A stretch of 52,564 nucleotides of DNA, taken from assembly GCA_963635025.1 (NCBI GenBank), contig CAVHFC010000005.1, positions 1 through 52,564 of the forward strand, in the 5' to 3' direction. Under the pieces are notes generated by a model. It made no database searches. It saw nothing but the letters and a program-made list of their open reading frames with translations, and was not told where the DNA came from. The DNA is from Eubacterium sp. CAG:786. GTDB lineage: Bacteria > Actinomycetota > Coriobacteriia > Coriobacteriales > Eggerthellaceae. Made by a program: the position numbers and the translations under genes. Below are positions 1-12,564 of the stretch, piece after piece (within the stretch, counting starts at the first letter, position 1; each line of letters opens with the position of its first letter).

Positions 1-51
1 GCGAAAACGCCTTCCAGGCCGCAGGTGTCCGGCTAAGAATGAAAATCAACC

Positions 52-537
52 TTAACGATGGTGATGCTTACGGTGATGCCCGCCTCTCACCTTGTACCCC
101 TTCTTCTTCCCATTGATGCCCCTCTCCTTCATAGCCACGATAAGCTTTTCAGAGATCGAATCGAGTTGAGCCCTTTCCTCTTCGGTGAGGCATGACAGGA
201 TATCCTCAGCAACGCGATCATTTGCTTCCTCTCGCTTTTCAACCACTTCGCGCCCAAGATCGGTAAGGTTGACCGAATAAGTGCGAGGTTCATCCACGTT
301 CTCGATGACAACGTATCCGTTGCGCTGGGCTTTCTTCACGATATCCTTCAGGTTGCTTCGGTTCATCCCAAGATTCTTCGTCAGCTCGCGTTGCTTCGCC
401 CCGTCATTCTCAAGCAAAGCAACAAGCAAGGCTCCTTGACCTCGCTTGTAGCTTTTCGGACCGTTCTTACGGAAACCCAATCGAACCAGCTTGTTTGCTT
501 TCTTGAACTGAGCAAGCGTCTTCATTGCCTCATTCAT
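52..537 (-). CDS. MarR-family transcriptional regulator with basic/His-rich C-terminal tail
   Basis: 161 aa; wHTH pattern (QRELTKNLGMNRSNLKDIVKKAQRNGYV...VNLTDLGR...LTEEERAQL); SD-like GAAAGG upstream. Confidence 0.85.
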   Translation of the reverse strand: MNEAMKTLAQFKKANKLVRLGFRKNGPKSYKRGQGALLVALLENDGAKQRELTKNLGMNRSNLKDIVKKAQRNGYVVIENVDEPRTYSVNLTDLGREVVEKREEANDRVAEDILSCLTEEERAQLDSISEKLIVAMKERGINGKKKGYKVRGGHHRKHHHR

Positions 538-590
538 AACAGGGCCTTTCTACTTGGAGGTGTCTTCAGTATAGAGACCGACAGACAGAT

Positions 591-606
591 GGTTTCACGT
601 GGAACA
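591..606. promoter_or_regulatory. parS: parS site (variant gGTTTCACGTGGAACA)
   Basis: Near match to consensus TGTTTCACGTGAAACA; upstream of the MarR gene. Confidence 0.75.
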
Positions 607-730
607 TTCTATTCATATATAATTCGCGGATTACTATTCTCGCAGGTTATATTATGGGTTAGGATTATTCATGCTTTAAGATAGAAGCTTGTTTTCAGCT
701 CATTGAACACCTTTTTCACAGGCTCAGTCG

Positions 731-800
731 GGCGAAACCCTGAAAACGTGCCACTGGCACGTTTTCTTGACGGGTTTCCACCTCATCGGTCCGAATCCCC
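731..800. repeat. tRNA-adjacent nested palindromic element with inverted T-arm mimic
   Basis: 12-bp IR GAAAACGTGCCA-C-TGGCACGTTTTC (742-766) inside imperfect outer stem GGCGAAACCC/GGGTTTCCACC; GGTCCGAATCCCC at 788-800. Confidence 0.55.
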
Positions 801-856
801 CGTTGCGGCCTCTGGAAAAGAAAGAAGCCCGGATGCCCGGGCTTTCATGGTAAAGC

Positions 857-949
857 TGGCGGAGGAGGAGGGATTCGAACCCTCGTCACCCGGGTTACGG
901 GTGAAACGGTTTTCGAGACCGCCGCATTCAACCGCTCTGCCACCCCTCC
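857..949 (-). tRNA. tRNA-Ser(CGA)
   Basis: Reverse complement GGAGGGGTGGCAGAGCGG...CT-CGA-AA...long variable arm...GGTTCGAATCCC...GCCA. Confidence 0.95.
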
Positions 950-1028
950 GCAGGGATGTGATCGACCGGTTTTTAAATGTCGATCATAAAAGCAAGCGGC
1001 AACCTAGAAGGTCGCCGCTGAAGGTGTC

Positions 1029-1120
1029 TGGCGGAGAGATGGGGATTTGAACCCCAGATACGCTTGTGACGTATACACGATTTCCAATCGTGCTCCTTCG
1101 GCCAGCTCGGACATCTCTCC
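1029..1120 (-). tRNA. tRNA-Ser(GGA)
   Basis: GGAGAGATGTCCGAGCTGG...TT-GGA-AA...GGTTCAAATCCCC...GCCA. Confidence 0.95.
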
Positions 1121-1190
1121 GCGTGCTCGAATGCTGCTTTTAACCTGGTCGCATGAACAGGCCACGCAGCGAGTTAGTATTCTAACGCAT

Positions 1191-2003
1191 TTAATAGGAA
1201 CTCACAAGAGAAAAATATTCATTGTTTTCGCCATTTCGGGAAACCTGCAAAGGGACCCCGAACAGCTCGCTCATCACCTGACCGCTCAGCAACTTGTCTT
1301 TCGAGCCATCGGCATAGATGCGGCCTTCTTTGATAAGCACCAAGCGCCCAATCTCGGGGATGATGTCTTCCGGGTAATGGGTGATAAGGATGATCCCCTT
1401 CCCCGCCTGCGCCAAACGTCGCATGCTTGAGCGCACGTAGTACATACCCTGCGGATCAAGCCCGGTGCAAGGCTCGTCGAGCAGAAGCGTGCTGGGATTG
1501 TGAACCAGCGCACGGGCGATCAGCACGCGGCGGCGCTGCCCGCTCGACATCGTCGTGATGTCGCGGTCCGAAAGCGACGCAATCCCGAGCATCTCAAGCG
1601 CCTCAAGCGCCTTTTTTCGCGACTGCTCGGTTGGATGCACGTTGCGCGGCAAGCCAAGCGTTCCAAACAGGCCGCCTTCCACGATCTCAACCGCGGGAAG
1701 ATGCACCTCGATCTGCGACTGCATCGATGCCGATACGATGCCGATCTCTCGCTTAACCTCTTCAAGGGTTGCCCTCGGGTTGCCCAGAAACCTCACCGGG
1801 GGCTTTTCCCGATACAGCGGAAGCACCTCTCGCGTGATCATGTTCACGAACGTTGATTTGCCCGCACCGTTCGGACCCACCAGCGCGATATTCTCCCCGC
1901 GATCCAAAGAAAAGTCCTCTACCTGCAAAATCGTCTTTCCCGCACGAACAACCTGCGCATCATGCAGCTGGAATAGACAAGAAGCCGAATTTCTATCGCT
2001 CAT
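1191..2003 (-). CDS. ABC transporter ATP-binding protein (ModF/YlmA-like), no adjacent permease
   Basis: Walker A GPNGAGKS, signature MSSGQ, Walker B LLLDEP, H-loop ITH. Confidence 0.9.
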   Translation of the reverse strand: MSDRNSASCLFQLHDAQVVRAGKTILQVEDFSLDRGENIALVGPNGAGKSTFVNMITREVLPLYREKPPVRFLGNPRATLEEVKREIGIVSASMQSQIEVHLPAVEIVEGGLFGTLGLPRNVHPTEQSRKKALEALEMLGIASLSDRDITTMSSGQRRRVLIARALVHNPSTLLLDEPCTGLDPQGMYYVRSSMRRLAQAGKGIILITHYPEDIIPEIGRLVLIKEGRIYADGSKDKLLSGQVMSELFGVPLQVSRNGENNEYFSLVSSY

Positions 2004-2018
2004 TTACTTCCTCTCTGA

Positions 2019-2051
2019 AAAAAGAAGGGAACCCGTTGCCGGATTCCCTTC
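2019..2051 (-). terminator. Intrinsic terminator after prsA
   Basis: GAAGGGAACC...GGATTCCCTTC hairpin with A-run on + strand (U-run on -). Confidence 0.65.
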
Positions 2052-2073
2052 CGTTGATCTCTTTCCCCGTTCG

Positions 2074-3261
2074 CTAGTTCGAAGAAGAAGTGGTGCTCGA
2101 AGAGCTCGACTCTGTAGAGGAGGAGCTTGAATCCGAGCTCGTACTCGAAGAGTCGGTCGTGCTCGTCGTGTTATCGCTGCTCGTGGACGAATCGCTTTCA
2201 TACTTCGACATATCGACAGCATAGGGAAGACCGTCGGGCATATCGTTGATCTGCAGGTCGGCATTGTTCTTCTGCTCCTGCAACCAATTCTGGTAGTTGG
2301 TCGTCTGGCTGGAGGACTGCAGAGACTGCTTGATGGTGTCCTGCCATTCGCTGGGGATCTGATCGATGCTGCTGACCTTCACCGTCTCGGTGCCGTCGTC
2401 GGCCTTCTCCTTCGGAGCGTTGAAGACATCGGTGCACTTGATGATGTGAATACCATAGGTGCTGGTCACCAGACCGCTAACCTGACCCTTCTCAAGACCG
2501 CTCAGAGCATCAGTGTACTCGGTGACAAAAGAGCTGGTCTTATCCCAACCCACGTTGCCGCCATCTTCCTTCGAACCGCTGTCCTGAGAGTATTGCTTTG
2601 CAGCCTCGGCGAAATCGAGCTCGCCGGAGTTGATCTTGTCGAGCACTTCCTGAGCCGTTGCCTCATCGTCGGCATTGAACAGGATATGAGAGGACTTCTT
2701 AGCCCCGTCGTAGGCGCTCGCATACATCTGAGCGTACTGGAGCATGTCGTCCTGGCTCGGCTCCTCATCAGAGGTGAAGGTGTTGTACAGGGCCTTGGCC
2801 TTCAGCTGCAGCTCGATCTCGGAACGATATTCGTCTTCGGTCATGCCAGCCTGCTCGAGGGCGGACTGCCACTTCTCGTCGCTGTCGTAGTTGGACTTCA
2901 TCTTCTCGACGTAGCTGTCAACCTCGGAGCTGTCCACGGTGATGCCGCGCTCTTCGGCGCCGGACTTGATCAGCTCGCGCGTAACATACGTGTTGATGAT
3001 CTGCTCACGCACGGTTGCGGGATCGGTCCCCATCTGAGCGAGGTAGTTGCCCCAGGAATCCTCATCGGTCAGGCCCTGCTGCTGGCGCACGCTTTCGATG
3101 TAGTCGGTGATGGTGTTCTCGTAGATGTTCGTACCATTGATGGTTGCGGCTACGGGATTGTCGGATTGCTGGTTGTTGCCCGAGCAACCTGCAACGCCAG
3201 CGATGCAGGCGGCTGAGATGCCCAAGGTGCAAACCATTTTGATGATACGAGAAGCTTTCAT
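2074..3261 (-). CDS. prsA: PrsA-like foldase lipoprotein (SurA N-terminal domain + parvulin PPIase), Ser/Thr-rich tail
   Basis: Start reassigned to MKASRII (SD GAGGAAGG); lipobox VAGC; parvulin motifs SSHIL, FAEAAKQYSQD, GGNVGW, YGIHIIK. Confidence 0.85.
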   Translation of the reverse strand: MKASRIIKMVCTLGISAACIAGVAGCSGNNQQSDNPVAATINGTNIYENTITDYIESVRQQQGLTDEDSWGNYLAQMGTDPATVREQIINTYVTRELIKSGAEERGITVDSSEVDSYVEKMKSNYDSDEKWQSALEQAGMTEDEYRSEIELQLKAKALYNTFTSDEEPSQDDMLQYAQMYASAYDGAKKSSHILFNADDEATAQEVLDKINSGELDFAEAAKQYSQDSGSKEDGGNVGWDKTSSFVTEYTDALSGLEKGQVSGLVTSTYGIHIIKCTDVFNAPKEKADDGTETVKVSSIDQIPSEWQDTIKQSLQSSSQTTNYQNWLQEQKNNADLQINDMPDGLPYAVDMSKYESDSSTSSDNTTSTTDSSSTSSDSSSSSTESSSSSTTSSSN

Positions 3262-3429
3262 AAAACCCTTCCTCAAATAGGGATCCGCGCGGAAAAGTGC
3301 GCAGCGGAAGAAAAAATCAAGCGGATGCATTTTCCCATATCTGCCGAACCATCCTTATCCACGCACAATATGCCCACGTACGCTTCACAGTGCGGCTCAC
3401 CACGCTGAATAAAGTCTGAACAAAGCAGG

Positions 3430-3461
3430 AAAGCCGTCCACCTGGATAGATGGACGGCTTT
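3430..3461. terminator. Hairpin terminator after typA
   Basis: AAAGCCGTCCA...TGGACGGCTTT inverted repeat. Confidence 0.65.
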
Positions 3462-3485
3462 CGACGGCCTGAGGCCTTAAGCGAG

Positions 3486-5297
3486 TTATTTCTTGTTCGC
3501 CTTTTTGCGCTCGATCGTGGAAAGGATGCGCTTGCGCAAACGAATGGACTGAGGCGTGATCTCGACCAACTCGTCATCCTCGATGTACTCGAGCGCTTCC
3601 TCGAGCGTGAACGTGATCGGAGGCGTCAGCTGGATGGCCTTGTCGGCGGTGGAGGAACGCTGGTTGCCAAGATTCTTCGTCTTGGAGACGTTCACGACCA
3701 TGTCGCCTTCCTTCGCCGATTCGCCGACGATCATGCCCTCGTAGCATTCGTCGCCAGGCTTGACGAACAAACGACCGCGCTGTTGCAGCGTGTCGAGCGC
3801 GTAAGCGACGGCCTTGTCGGTGGCCATGGCGATCATGCAGCCGTTCTTACGGCCTTCCATATCGCCGGAGAACGGACCGTACTCGCGGAAGTGATGGAAG
3901 AGGATCGCCTCGCCGTGCGTTGCGTTGAGGATGCGCGTCTTGAGCCCCATGGTGCCGCGCGAAGGAATGGAGAACACGAGATGAGTCATGTTCTCGTCGG
4001 AAGCCATGTCCTCCATGATGCCGCCAGCAGTTCCCATAACCTCGATGGCCTTGCCGGAGTAATCGTTGGGCACGTCGACCGTCGCTTCCTCGATCGGCTC
4101 GAGCTTGTTGCCCGCTTCGTCAGTCTTGTACACGACCTGCGGACGACCAACCTGGAATTCGAAGCCCTCACGGCGCATGGTCTCCATCAGCACGGAAAGA
4201 TGCAGAACGCCACGACCGGCGACCTTGACGCCCGACTTGTCCTCGGTCTCGTCGATGCGCATGGAGATATTGCTCTCCTTTTCGCGCATGAGACGTTCCT
4301 TGAGTTGACGCGCACCGACGATGTCGCCTTCACGGCCGACGATCGGGCTGGTGGAAGCCTCAAACACTACGGACATCGTGGGCTCTTCGACCTTGATGGC
4401 CTTCATCTCGACCGGATTCTCCGGGTCCGTGATCACGTCTCCGATGTCAGCGTCCTCAACGCCGATAACGGCAACGATATCGCCCGCATGAGCTTCGGGA
4501 ACCTCGGTTTTGCCCAGATTCTCGAACGTGTACACCTTACGGATCTGCGCGTTGTAGGAGGTACCGTCGGCCTTGTTGACCACGACTTGCTCTTTTTCGT
4601 GCATGGTACCGCTATACAGACGGCCAACGCCGATACGACCCTCGTAGCTGCTGTGATCGACTGTGCACACCTGCAGGGCAACCGGACCGTCGACATCGAC
4701 ATCCGGGCAGGGAATTTCCTTCAGAATGGTGTCGAGCAGCGGAACCATATCCATGTTGCCGTCATCGTACTCGTAGCGAGCATAGCCGTTGACAGCCGAT
4801 GCATACACGACCGGGAAGTCGAGCTGCTCGTCAGAAGCACCAAGTTCAACCATGAGGTCGAACACCTTGTCGACGGCAGCATCGGGGTCGGCGTTGGGAC
4901 GATCGATTTTATTCACCACCACGACGATGCGCAAACCCTGTTCAAGCGCGTGGGAAAGCACGAAGCGAGTCTGAGGCTTAGGACCTTCGTAGGCGTCGAC
5001 GATGAGCAGAGCGCCGTCAGCCATGTTCAGAACGCGCTCCACCTCGCCACCGAAGTCAGCATGACCCGGCGTGTCGATGACGTTGATCTTGACGTCTTTA
5101 TAGTTGATGGAAATGTTCTTGGAAAGGATGGTGATGCCGCGCTCGCGCTCCTGATCGTTCGAGTCGAGCACGCGTTCCTGCACTTCCTGGTTGTCGCGGA
5201 ACACGTGGGATGCGAACAACAGTCGGTCGACCAAGGTGGTTTTACCATGGTCAACGTGCGCGATGATGGCAACGTTTCGAAGATTCTCCTGCTTCAT
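3486..5297 (-). CDS. typA: Translational GTPase TypA/BipA
   Basis: [36 protein letters not shown]-terminal [25 protein letters not shown]. Confidence 0.97.
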   Translation of the reverse strand: MKQENLRNVAIIAHVDHGKTTLVDRLLFASHVFRDNQEVQERVLDSNDQERERGITILSKNISINYKDVKINVIDTPGHADFGGEVERVLNMADGALLIVDAYEGPKPQTRFVLSHALEQGLRIVVVVNKIDRPNADPDAAVDKVFDLMVELGASDEQLDFPVVYASAVNGYARYEYDDGNMDMVPLLDTILKEIPCPDVDVDGPVALQVCTVDHSSYEGRIGVGRLYSGTMHEKEQVVVNKADGTSYNAQIRKVYTFENLGKTEVPEAHAGDIVAVIGVEDADIGDVITDPENPVEMKAIKVEEPTMSVVFEASTSPIVGREGDIVGARQLKERLMREKESNISMRIDETEDKSGVKVAGRGVLHLSVLMETMRREGFEFQVGRPQVVYKTDEAGNKLEPIEEATVDVPNDYSGKAIEVMGTAGGIMEDMASDENMTHLVFSIPSRGTMGLKTRILNATHGEAILFHHFREYGPFSGDMEGRKNGCMIAMATDKAVAYALDTLQQRGRLFVKPGDECYEGMIVGESAKEGDMVVNVSKTKNLGNQRSSTADKAIQLTPPITFTLEEALEYIEDDELVEITPQSIRLRKRILSTIERKKANKK

Positions 5298-5306
5298 GAA
5301 ACTGCT

Positions 5307-5849
5307 TTACTCCTTTTCCATTTCTCGAGCGATACGCCGCTCTTCCTTATTCAACTCGTTGATATGCTCGGTAAGCGTAGCTATGGAACGTTGCGATGAT
5401 ACCACCTGAACAATGCCCCAAACCGCTGCGGCCGACGCTATCGCTGCGACAACACCGAACAACCCGAAAGGCCTGCGTCCCGCCAATAAGGCGACGATGG
5501 CGCCGATGACAGCCATGCCGATGCCGTTGCGCCTCTCATCAAGGACAACATCACGTTGCTTGACAAGTTGCGTACGAGCGGCCGCAATCCCGGCAATGCG
5601 AGCATCTTCGCTCGATGAGTCTTGCGAGCGGGAACTCCCGTTTGTGCGCGATCCTTTGCCGCTTACCAGGAAGTCGTATGCCTCTTGAAGATTCTTGAAC
5701 TGCTCGGTCGCTCTTTCCTGAAGCTTCTTGTTGGTGGCAAAGCGGTCAGGATGCAAGATCTGCGCGGTTTCCCGATAGGCAACCTTGATGTCCTCCGGGG
5801 TGGCATCTTCATCCAACCCAAGCGTTCTCAGCGCTTCGAGTCGATTCAT
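5307..5849 (-). CDS. J-domain (DnaJ-like) membrane protein
   Basis: N-terminal J domain with HPD motif (LHPDRF...FKNLQEAYDFL), two TM helices, C-terminal coiled coil. Confidence 0.85.
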   Translation of the reverse strand: MNRLEALRTLGLDEDATPEDIKVAYRETAQILHPDRFATNKKLQERATEQFKNLQEAYDFLVSGKGSRTNGSSRSQDSSSEDARIAGIAAARTQLVKQRDVVLDERRNGIGMAVIGAIVALLAGRRPFGLFGVVAAIASAAAVWGIVQVVSSQRSIATLTEHINELNKEERRIAREMEKE

Positions 5850-5968
5850 GGAACCTCCTCATATCGGCCCTCGCCTGTACCAATAAAAAAATCGCAAGCG
5901 AAGCGCCCGCGATTTCACCTTTGCCGATATAAAAAAGCAGACCCGCTTGCGGGCCTGCCTCTCATTCA

Positions 5969-6044
5969 TGGTGGAGGTTAGGGGGATCGAACCCCTGACC
6001 TCAGGCTTGCAAAGCCCGCGCTCTCCCAGCTGAGCTAAACCCCC
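5969..6044 (-). tRNA. tRNA-Ala(TGC)
   Basis: GGGGGTTTAGCTCAGCTGGGAGAGC...TT-TGC-AA...GGTTCGATCCCC...ACCA, 76 nt. Confidence 0.96.
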
Positions 6045-6062
6045 AAAATGCACTAAACAATA

Positions 6063-6106
6063 ATAAACGCTCCACCGGCAAACTCGGCTCACGGTGGAGC
6101 GTTTAT
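6063..6106. repeat. Perfect 15-bp inverted repeat in the tRNA-Ile/tRNA-Ala spacer
   Basis: ATAAACGCTCCACCG-N14-CGGTGGAGCGTTTAT. Confidence 0.8.
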
Positions 6107-6116
6107 CGCAAGTAAA

Positions 6117-6193
<77 letters not shown>

Positions 6194-6455
6194 TTGCGAA
6201 GTGCTTGGCTATTATACCCAGACCTTTTTTAGATGGTCAAGAACTTTTTTCAACTTTTTTTCTTCGAGGGGAACCATGAGATTCAAAGCGACACTTACTC
6301 CGCTTTTGACCTTGTGTTATTCACCTGACCGGCCCGTTGATGACCTAGGTGATGACTTAACACGAACGTCTATAATCATGGAACAGGTTTGCTAAGAGCA
6401 GCACGGCTAGCATTCACTGCCCGACCTCCAATGGACGACGATAAGGAGATTCGAG

Positions 6456-6974
6456 ATGATCCCAATTCAGATACTCTCCCTTATCGTGACATCGTCCCCC
6501 GGGCCGTCGGTTGTCGTTTTGCAACCTGTTGAAGATTGCGTAGCCGAAGGGAAAAGCCGGATCGTTCCCATTTGGATTGGGAACGCCGATGCAGTCCAGC
6601 TGAGTTTTGCTTTGAACAAAACAAAACTCAGCCGGCCCGCCACTCATGACCTGTTTCTTGACGCCATCACCAATCTCGACGCATGCGTTGACCATGTGGT
6701 CATAAATGATGCAAAGGGCGCCATGTTTTTCGCCCAGCTCACGCTTCGTCAGCATGGTCGCCTGATATCCCTCGATGCAAGGCCCAGCGATGCCCTTTCG
6801 CTGGCTATACGACAACATGCGCCGCTCTACATTGACGAATCCGTGCTAGAACGCTCCTCTTTCCCCTACATCAAGAAAGTCACCACCGACAAGGCTTCCG
6901 TCGAGAAGGAGCTCGAGGAGTTTCATTCGTTCATTACGAATCTGGCCCCAAGCGACTTCAAAGACGAATTTTGA
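6456..6974 (+). CDS. Bifunctional nuclease family protein (BFN/DUF151)
   Basis: Motifs PIWIG, RPATHDL, FFAQLTL, DARPSDA; SD AAGGAG. Confidence 0.9.
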   Translation: MIPIQILSLIVTSSPGPSVVVLQPVEDCVAEGKSRIVPIWIGNADAVQLSFALNKTKLSRPATHDLFLDAITNLDACVDHVVINDAKGAMFFAQLTLRQHGRLISLDARPSDALSLAIRQHAPLYIDESVLERSSFPYIKKVTTDKASVEKELEEFHSFITNLAPSDFKDEF

Positions 6975-7034
6975 TTCGCAACATTTTACTGAAACCAACT
7001 CTATAGGCTTTTGACCTCGTGTTTCATAAAACGA

Positions 7035-7066
7035 AAAAGGGATGTTTCACGTGAAACATCCCTTTT
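7035..7066. promoter_or_regulatory. parS: parS (7043-7058) inside a 32-bp perfect palindrome; possible bidirectional terminator
   Basis: AAAAGGGA-TGTTTCACGTGAAACA-TCCCTTTT between convergent BFN and gyrA genes. Confidence 0.9.
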
Positions 7067-7096
7067 ATGCAATACTTTCAATGAATCAGCTACAGG

Positions 7097-9838
7097 CTAA
7101 TTTTCCTCCACCTGTTCTTCACCTTCCATATCGGGCACGGCGTCGAGGTCAGCTTCACCGCTCTTGTCGTCGGTGGAGATTGCGACCGCGGTGACACGGT
7201 CATCGTCCGCCACGTTCATCACGCGAACGCCCTGCGTTGAACGGCCGAGTTCCGATATCCCTTCAACCGGCGTCCTCACAACAACGCCCTCTTCGGACAT
7301 GATCATGATCTCGTCGTCTGCAGCAACGATCTTCATCGCCGCCAAAAGACCCTTCTTCTCAGTCATCGTGATGGTATACACACCCTGACCACCACGATGG
7401 TGCGAGGGATATTCGTTGATGGGAGTGCGCTTGCCATATCCCTTCTCGGTGATGACGAACAAATCCGTTTCCGGTCGAGCTATCTCCATTCCCAACACCT
7501 TCGTGTCCGCCGGGACGTTCATGCCTCGCACACCCATGGTTCCACGACCCATGGCGCGAACCTCGTCTTCGGGCCACATAATCGCCTTGCCGGCGCTCGA
7601 CACCATGATGACGCTCTCGTCCTTCGCGACACGACGAACGCTGATCAGCCTATCGCTGTCTTTCAAATTGATGGCGATAAGGCCATCGCGGCGCGTTCGG
7701 TCATATTGATCCATCGAGGTTTTCTTCACCATGCCATGTTCGGTGGCGAACATCAGATATTCATCCTCGGGGAAATCTTTTGTTGCAATGACCGCGCTGA
7801 TGGTCTCCCCCTGCTCAAGCGGGAGAAGGTTCACAATCGCGCTACCACGCGCCTGACGCGAGGCCTCAGGAAGCTCGTAAACCTTCAGGCGATACACCTT
7901 GCCTTTGGTGCTGAAGAAGAGCATGTACGAATGCGTTGAGGCAACGAACAGATGCTCAACGTAATCGTTGTCTTTCAAGTTCACGCCCTGCATGCCCTTG
8001 CCGCCGCGCTTCTGTTGACGATACGTCGCAACGGGGAGACGCTTGACATAGCCAGCTTTCGTCACGGTAACAACCATGCTTTCCTCGGCGATAAGATCCT
8101 CCACGTCGAGATCTTTCGCCGCCTCGGACAAGGTCGTCTTGCGAGGGGTACCGAACTTCTTCTTGATCTCCCCCAGCTCCTCTTTGATGATGTTGCGCAC
8201 CAACTGAGGATCGGAAAGAACGCTCTTGAAGTAAGCGATCTTCTCACGAAGCTCCTGCAACTCCGCTTCGATCTTCTCACGCTCCAAGCCGGTCAGGCGA
8301 CGCAGGCGCATCTCCAAGATGGCTGCCGTTTGCTTGTCGGTCAGCCCAAAACGCTCAGTTAAGCGGGATGCCGCCTCTTTGTCGGTCTGGGAGGAGCGAA
8401 TGATATGGATGACCTCATCGATGTTGTCCAGCGCAACGACATAGCCTTCCAGTATATGAGCGCGCTCTTCGGCTTTCGCTAACTCGTAGCGTGTACGACG
8501 CACGATGACGTCTTCCTGGTGGGCGATGTAGTAATGCAGCATCTCCTTGAGCGACAAGACGCGCGGAACGCCATCTACCAGCGCAAGCATGATCACACCG
8601 AAACCAACCTGCAACTGCGTATGCTTGTACAGCTTGTTCAGCACCACTTGAGGAATGGCGTCTTTCTTCAGCTCGATGATGATGTCGATGCCATGGCGGT
8701 CGGCACCGTCATGGATGTTCGAGATCTCGGGAAGTTTCTTCTCTCGAACGAGCTCGCCAAGTTTCTCGAGAAGGCGCTGGCGATTCACCTGATAGGGAAT
8801 TTCCGTGACGACAATGGAGCTCTTGCCGTTCTTGCCTTCCTCGATTTTGCATTTTGCACGAATCGTCAAGCTGCCGCGGCCTGTTTCATAAGCGTCGAGG
8901 ATGCCCTTTTTGCCCATGATGATGCCACCGGTCGGGAAATCGGGACCGGGAAGCGCCGCCATCAGCTCAGCGGTGGTGACATCCGGGTTGTCGAGCATCA
9001 AACAGGTGGCATCAATGGTCTCACCAAGGTTATGGGGCGGAATATTCGTCGCCATACCAACAGCGATACCGTTGCTGCCGTTTACCAGCAGGTTAGGGAA
9101 GCGCGCCGGCAAAACCGTCGGCTCTTCGAGGCTTTCGTCGTAGTTGGGCTGGAAGTCGACCGTTTCCTTGTCAAGGTCGCGCAGCAGCTCCATAGCCGCT
9201 TTGTCCAGACGGGCCTCGGTGTAACGCATGGCGGCGGCGGAGTCGCCGTCGATGGAGCCGAAGTTGCCATGTCCGTCGACCAGAGGGACGCGCATGCTAA
9301 ACGGCTGAGCCAAACGCACCATGGTGTCGTAAACCGCCGAATCGCCGTGGGGGTGATACTTGCCGATAACGTCGCCGACGGTACGAGCCGACTTCATATG
9401 CGGACGGTTCGGCGTATATCCCGATTCGTTCATGGCATACAGGATGCGCCGATGAACCGGCTTCAAGCCGTCGCGCACGTCAGGCAGCGCGCGGCTGACA
9501 ATGACGCTCATGGAGTATTCCAAGAACGAAGCGGCCATCTCCTTGCCCAAATATGCCGCTTTTACGGTGGTGCCCTCACCGCCGTTGGCACCTTCGATTA
9601 TCGACCCATGAGGGTTTGCAACCGTGGACATATCTATCAGCGAACGAGCCTTGTCCTCTTCGGAAACGAATGCACCGCCCGCTGCAGAGGAAGACGATTC
9701 CTCTGCAGCTAAATCAACTGCAGCTTCATCGCTTCCATCATCTTCGGCATCAGTTTGCGCGGCACCTACGAGTCGCTCAAGATCTTCCGGAAGCTCCTCG
9801 CCGCCCAAATCGTCGCGGTTGTCAGTGTTATCTGCCAT
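7097..9838 (-). CDS. gyrA: DNA gyrase subunit A (acidic N-terminal extension)
   Basis: [30 protein letters not shown], GyrA-box QKRGGKG. Confidence 0.98.
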   Translation of the reverse strand: MADNTDNRDDLGGEELPEDLERLVGAAQTDAEDDGSDEAAVDLAAEESSSSAAGGAFVSEEDKARSLIDMSTVANPHGSIIEGANGGEGTTVKAAYLGKEMAASFLEYSMSVIVSRALPDVRDGLKPVHRRILYAMNESGYTPNRPHMKSARTVGDVIGKYHPHGDSAVYDTMVRLAQPFSMRVPLVDGHGNFGSIDGDSAAAMRYTEARLDKAAMELLRDLDKETVDFQPNYDESLEEPTVLPARFPNLLVNGSNGIAVGMATNIPPHNLGETIDATCLMLDNPDVTTAELMAALPGPDFPTGGIIMGKKGILDAYETGRGSLTIRAKCKIEEGKNGKSSIVVTEIPYQVNRQRLLEKLGELVREKKLPEISNIHDGADRHGIDIIIELKKDAIPQVVLNKLYKHTQLQVGFGVIMLALVDGVPRVLSLKEMLHYYIAHQEDVIVRRTRYELAKAEERAHILEGYVVALDNIDEVIHIIRSSQTDKEAASRLTERFGLTDKQTAAILEMRLRRLTGLEREKIEAELQELREKIAYFKSVLSDPQLVRNIIKEELGEIKKKFGTPRKTTLSEAAKDLDVEDLIAEESMVVTVTKAGYVKRLPVATYRQQKRGGKGMQGVNLKDNDYVEHLFVASTHSYMLFFSTKGKVYRLKVYELPEASRQARGSAIVNLLPLEQGETISAVIATKDFPEDEYLMFATEHGMVKKTSMDQYDRTRRDGLIAINLKDSDRLISVRRVAKDESVIMVSSAGKAIMWPEDEVRAMGRGTMGVRGMNVPADTKVLGMEIARPETDLFVITEKGYGKRTPINEYPSHHRGGQGVYTITMTEKKGLLAAMKIVAADDEIMIMSEEGVVVRTPVEGISELGRSTQGVRVMNVADDDRVTAVAISTDDKSGEADLDAVPDMEGEEQVEEN

Positions 9839-9847
9839 TCAATTCTC

Positions 9848-11821
<1,974 letters not shown>

Positions 11822-11964
11822 TCACGATCAATCATCCAATACATCTTTATGTATCAGTGTATCACACGGGATTCCGTATCATGCCGCTTCATAGCCTTTA
11901 CAGGCTACCAGACGCCATCTAAGGCCTAGTTTTCAATTTCGACACTACTTTTATCGTATTGAAG

Positions 11965-12564
11965 TTACATTGGCTTTGAATTCGCGTCGAGAGCTTTTAC
12001 TATCGATTCACGAAGGGAAGCGGGCTCGACCTTCGACGCTTGCTCTTTCAGTCGTTGCGCAGCGGAGAGGTCGATTTGCGGTTTCGCCGGCTTTGGCGTG
12101 GGTGGCACGAAGCCTTCGCCCACCCCCTCCCCGCGGTAAGGGTGGCGTTTAAGCATATCCCTGCGAGAGGCTTTTATCGAGAACACGTCGATGCGCTCCC
12201 CCTGCTCGTTAAGTTTGAGCTTCAAAAATTCCTGTCGCGCGTCGATATCCGACCTTACCGTCGCATCATCGGTATACACGACTAAAAGGGTATGACCTTG
12301 GCCGACCTTATCCGCAGCGGGATCCTTCGTTTTCTCGGGGCTTACGATATACACCGCGTTGGTGTGATCAAGCACCAGGCTGGCCGCATCCTTGTACACC
12401 TCCTCAACGGCGATTTTCCAACGAACATGCACCTCGGCCACTCTTTGCGCGCGAACCGTCTCGGGGTCGGAGCCGCCAAGGGCCTTAAGCATCGAGCGCA
12501 GGCCTTCCCCAAGCGACATTTGACACCCTTTTCTTTTGGTCGCTTTGTTCCCCTTTGCATTCAT
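11965..12564 (-). CDS. dciA: DciA/DUF721-like helicase-loading factor (alternative start 12519)
   Basis: Lies between recF and gyrB as in Actinobacteria; W...V...HT...LVVYTDD...QEFLKLKLN pattern; start overlaps recF stop. Confidence 0.65.
   Translation of the reverse strand: MNAKGNKATKRKGCQMSLGEGLRSMLKALGGSDPETVRAQRVAEVHVRWKIAVEEVYKDAASLVLDHTNAVYIVSPEKTKDPAADKVGQGHTLLVVYTDDATVRSDIDARQEFLKLKLNEQGERIDVFSIKASRRDMLKRHPYRGEGVGEGFVPPTPKPAKPQIDLSAAQRLKEQASKVEPASLRESIVKALDANSKPM

Noticed and set aside
613..656. Possible dif site upstream of the MarR gene
   Set aside because: Only a partial TATATTATG resemblance and it lies next to oriC; more likely an imperfect promoter/operator inverted repeat.
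2077..2200. Repetitive Ser/Thr-coding sequence
   Set aside because: Low-complexity tail of the PrsA lipoprotein, not a DNA repeat element.
3450..5399. 649-aa plus-strand ORF, and similar long antisense ORFs (8519-9712, 9755-11170, 41582-42967, 44843-46921)
   Set aside because: Shadow frames opposite well-supported genes (typA, gyrA, gyrB, AGCS, SLH protein); expected with high-GC codon bias; no recognisable motifs.
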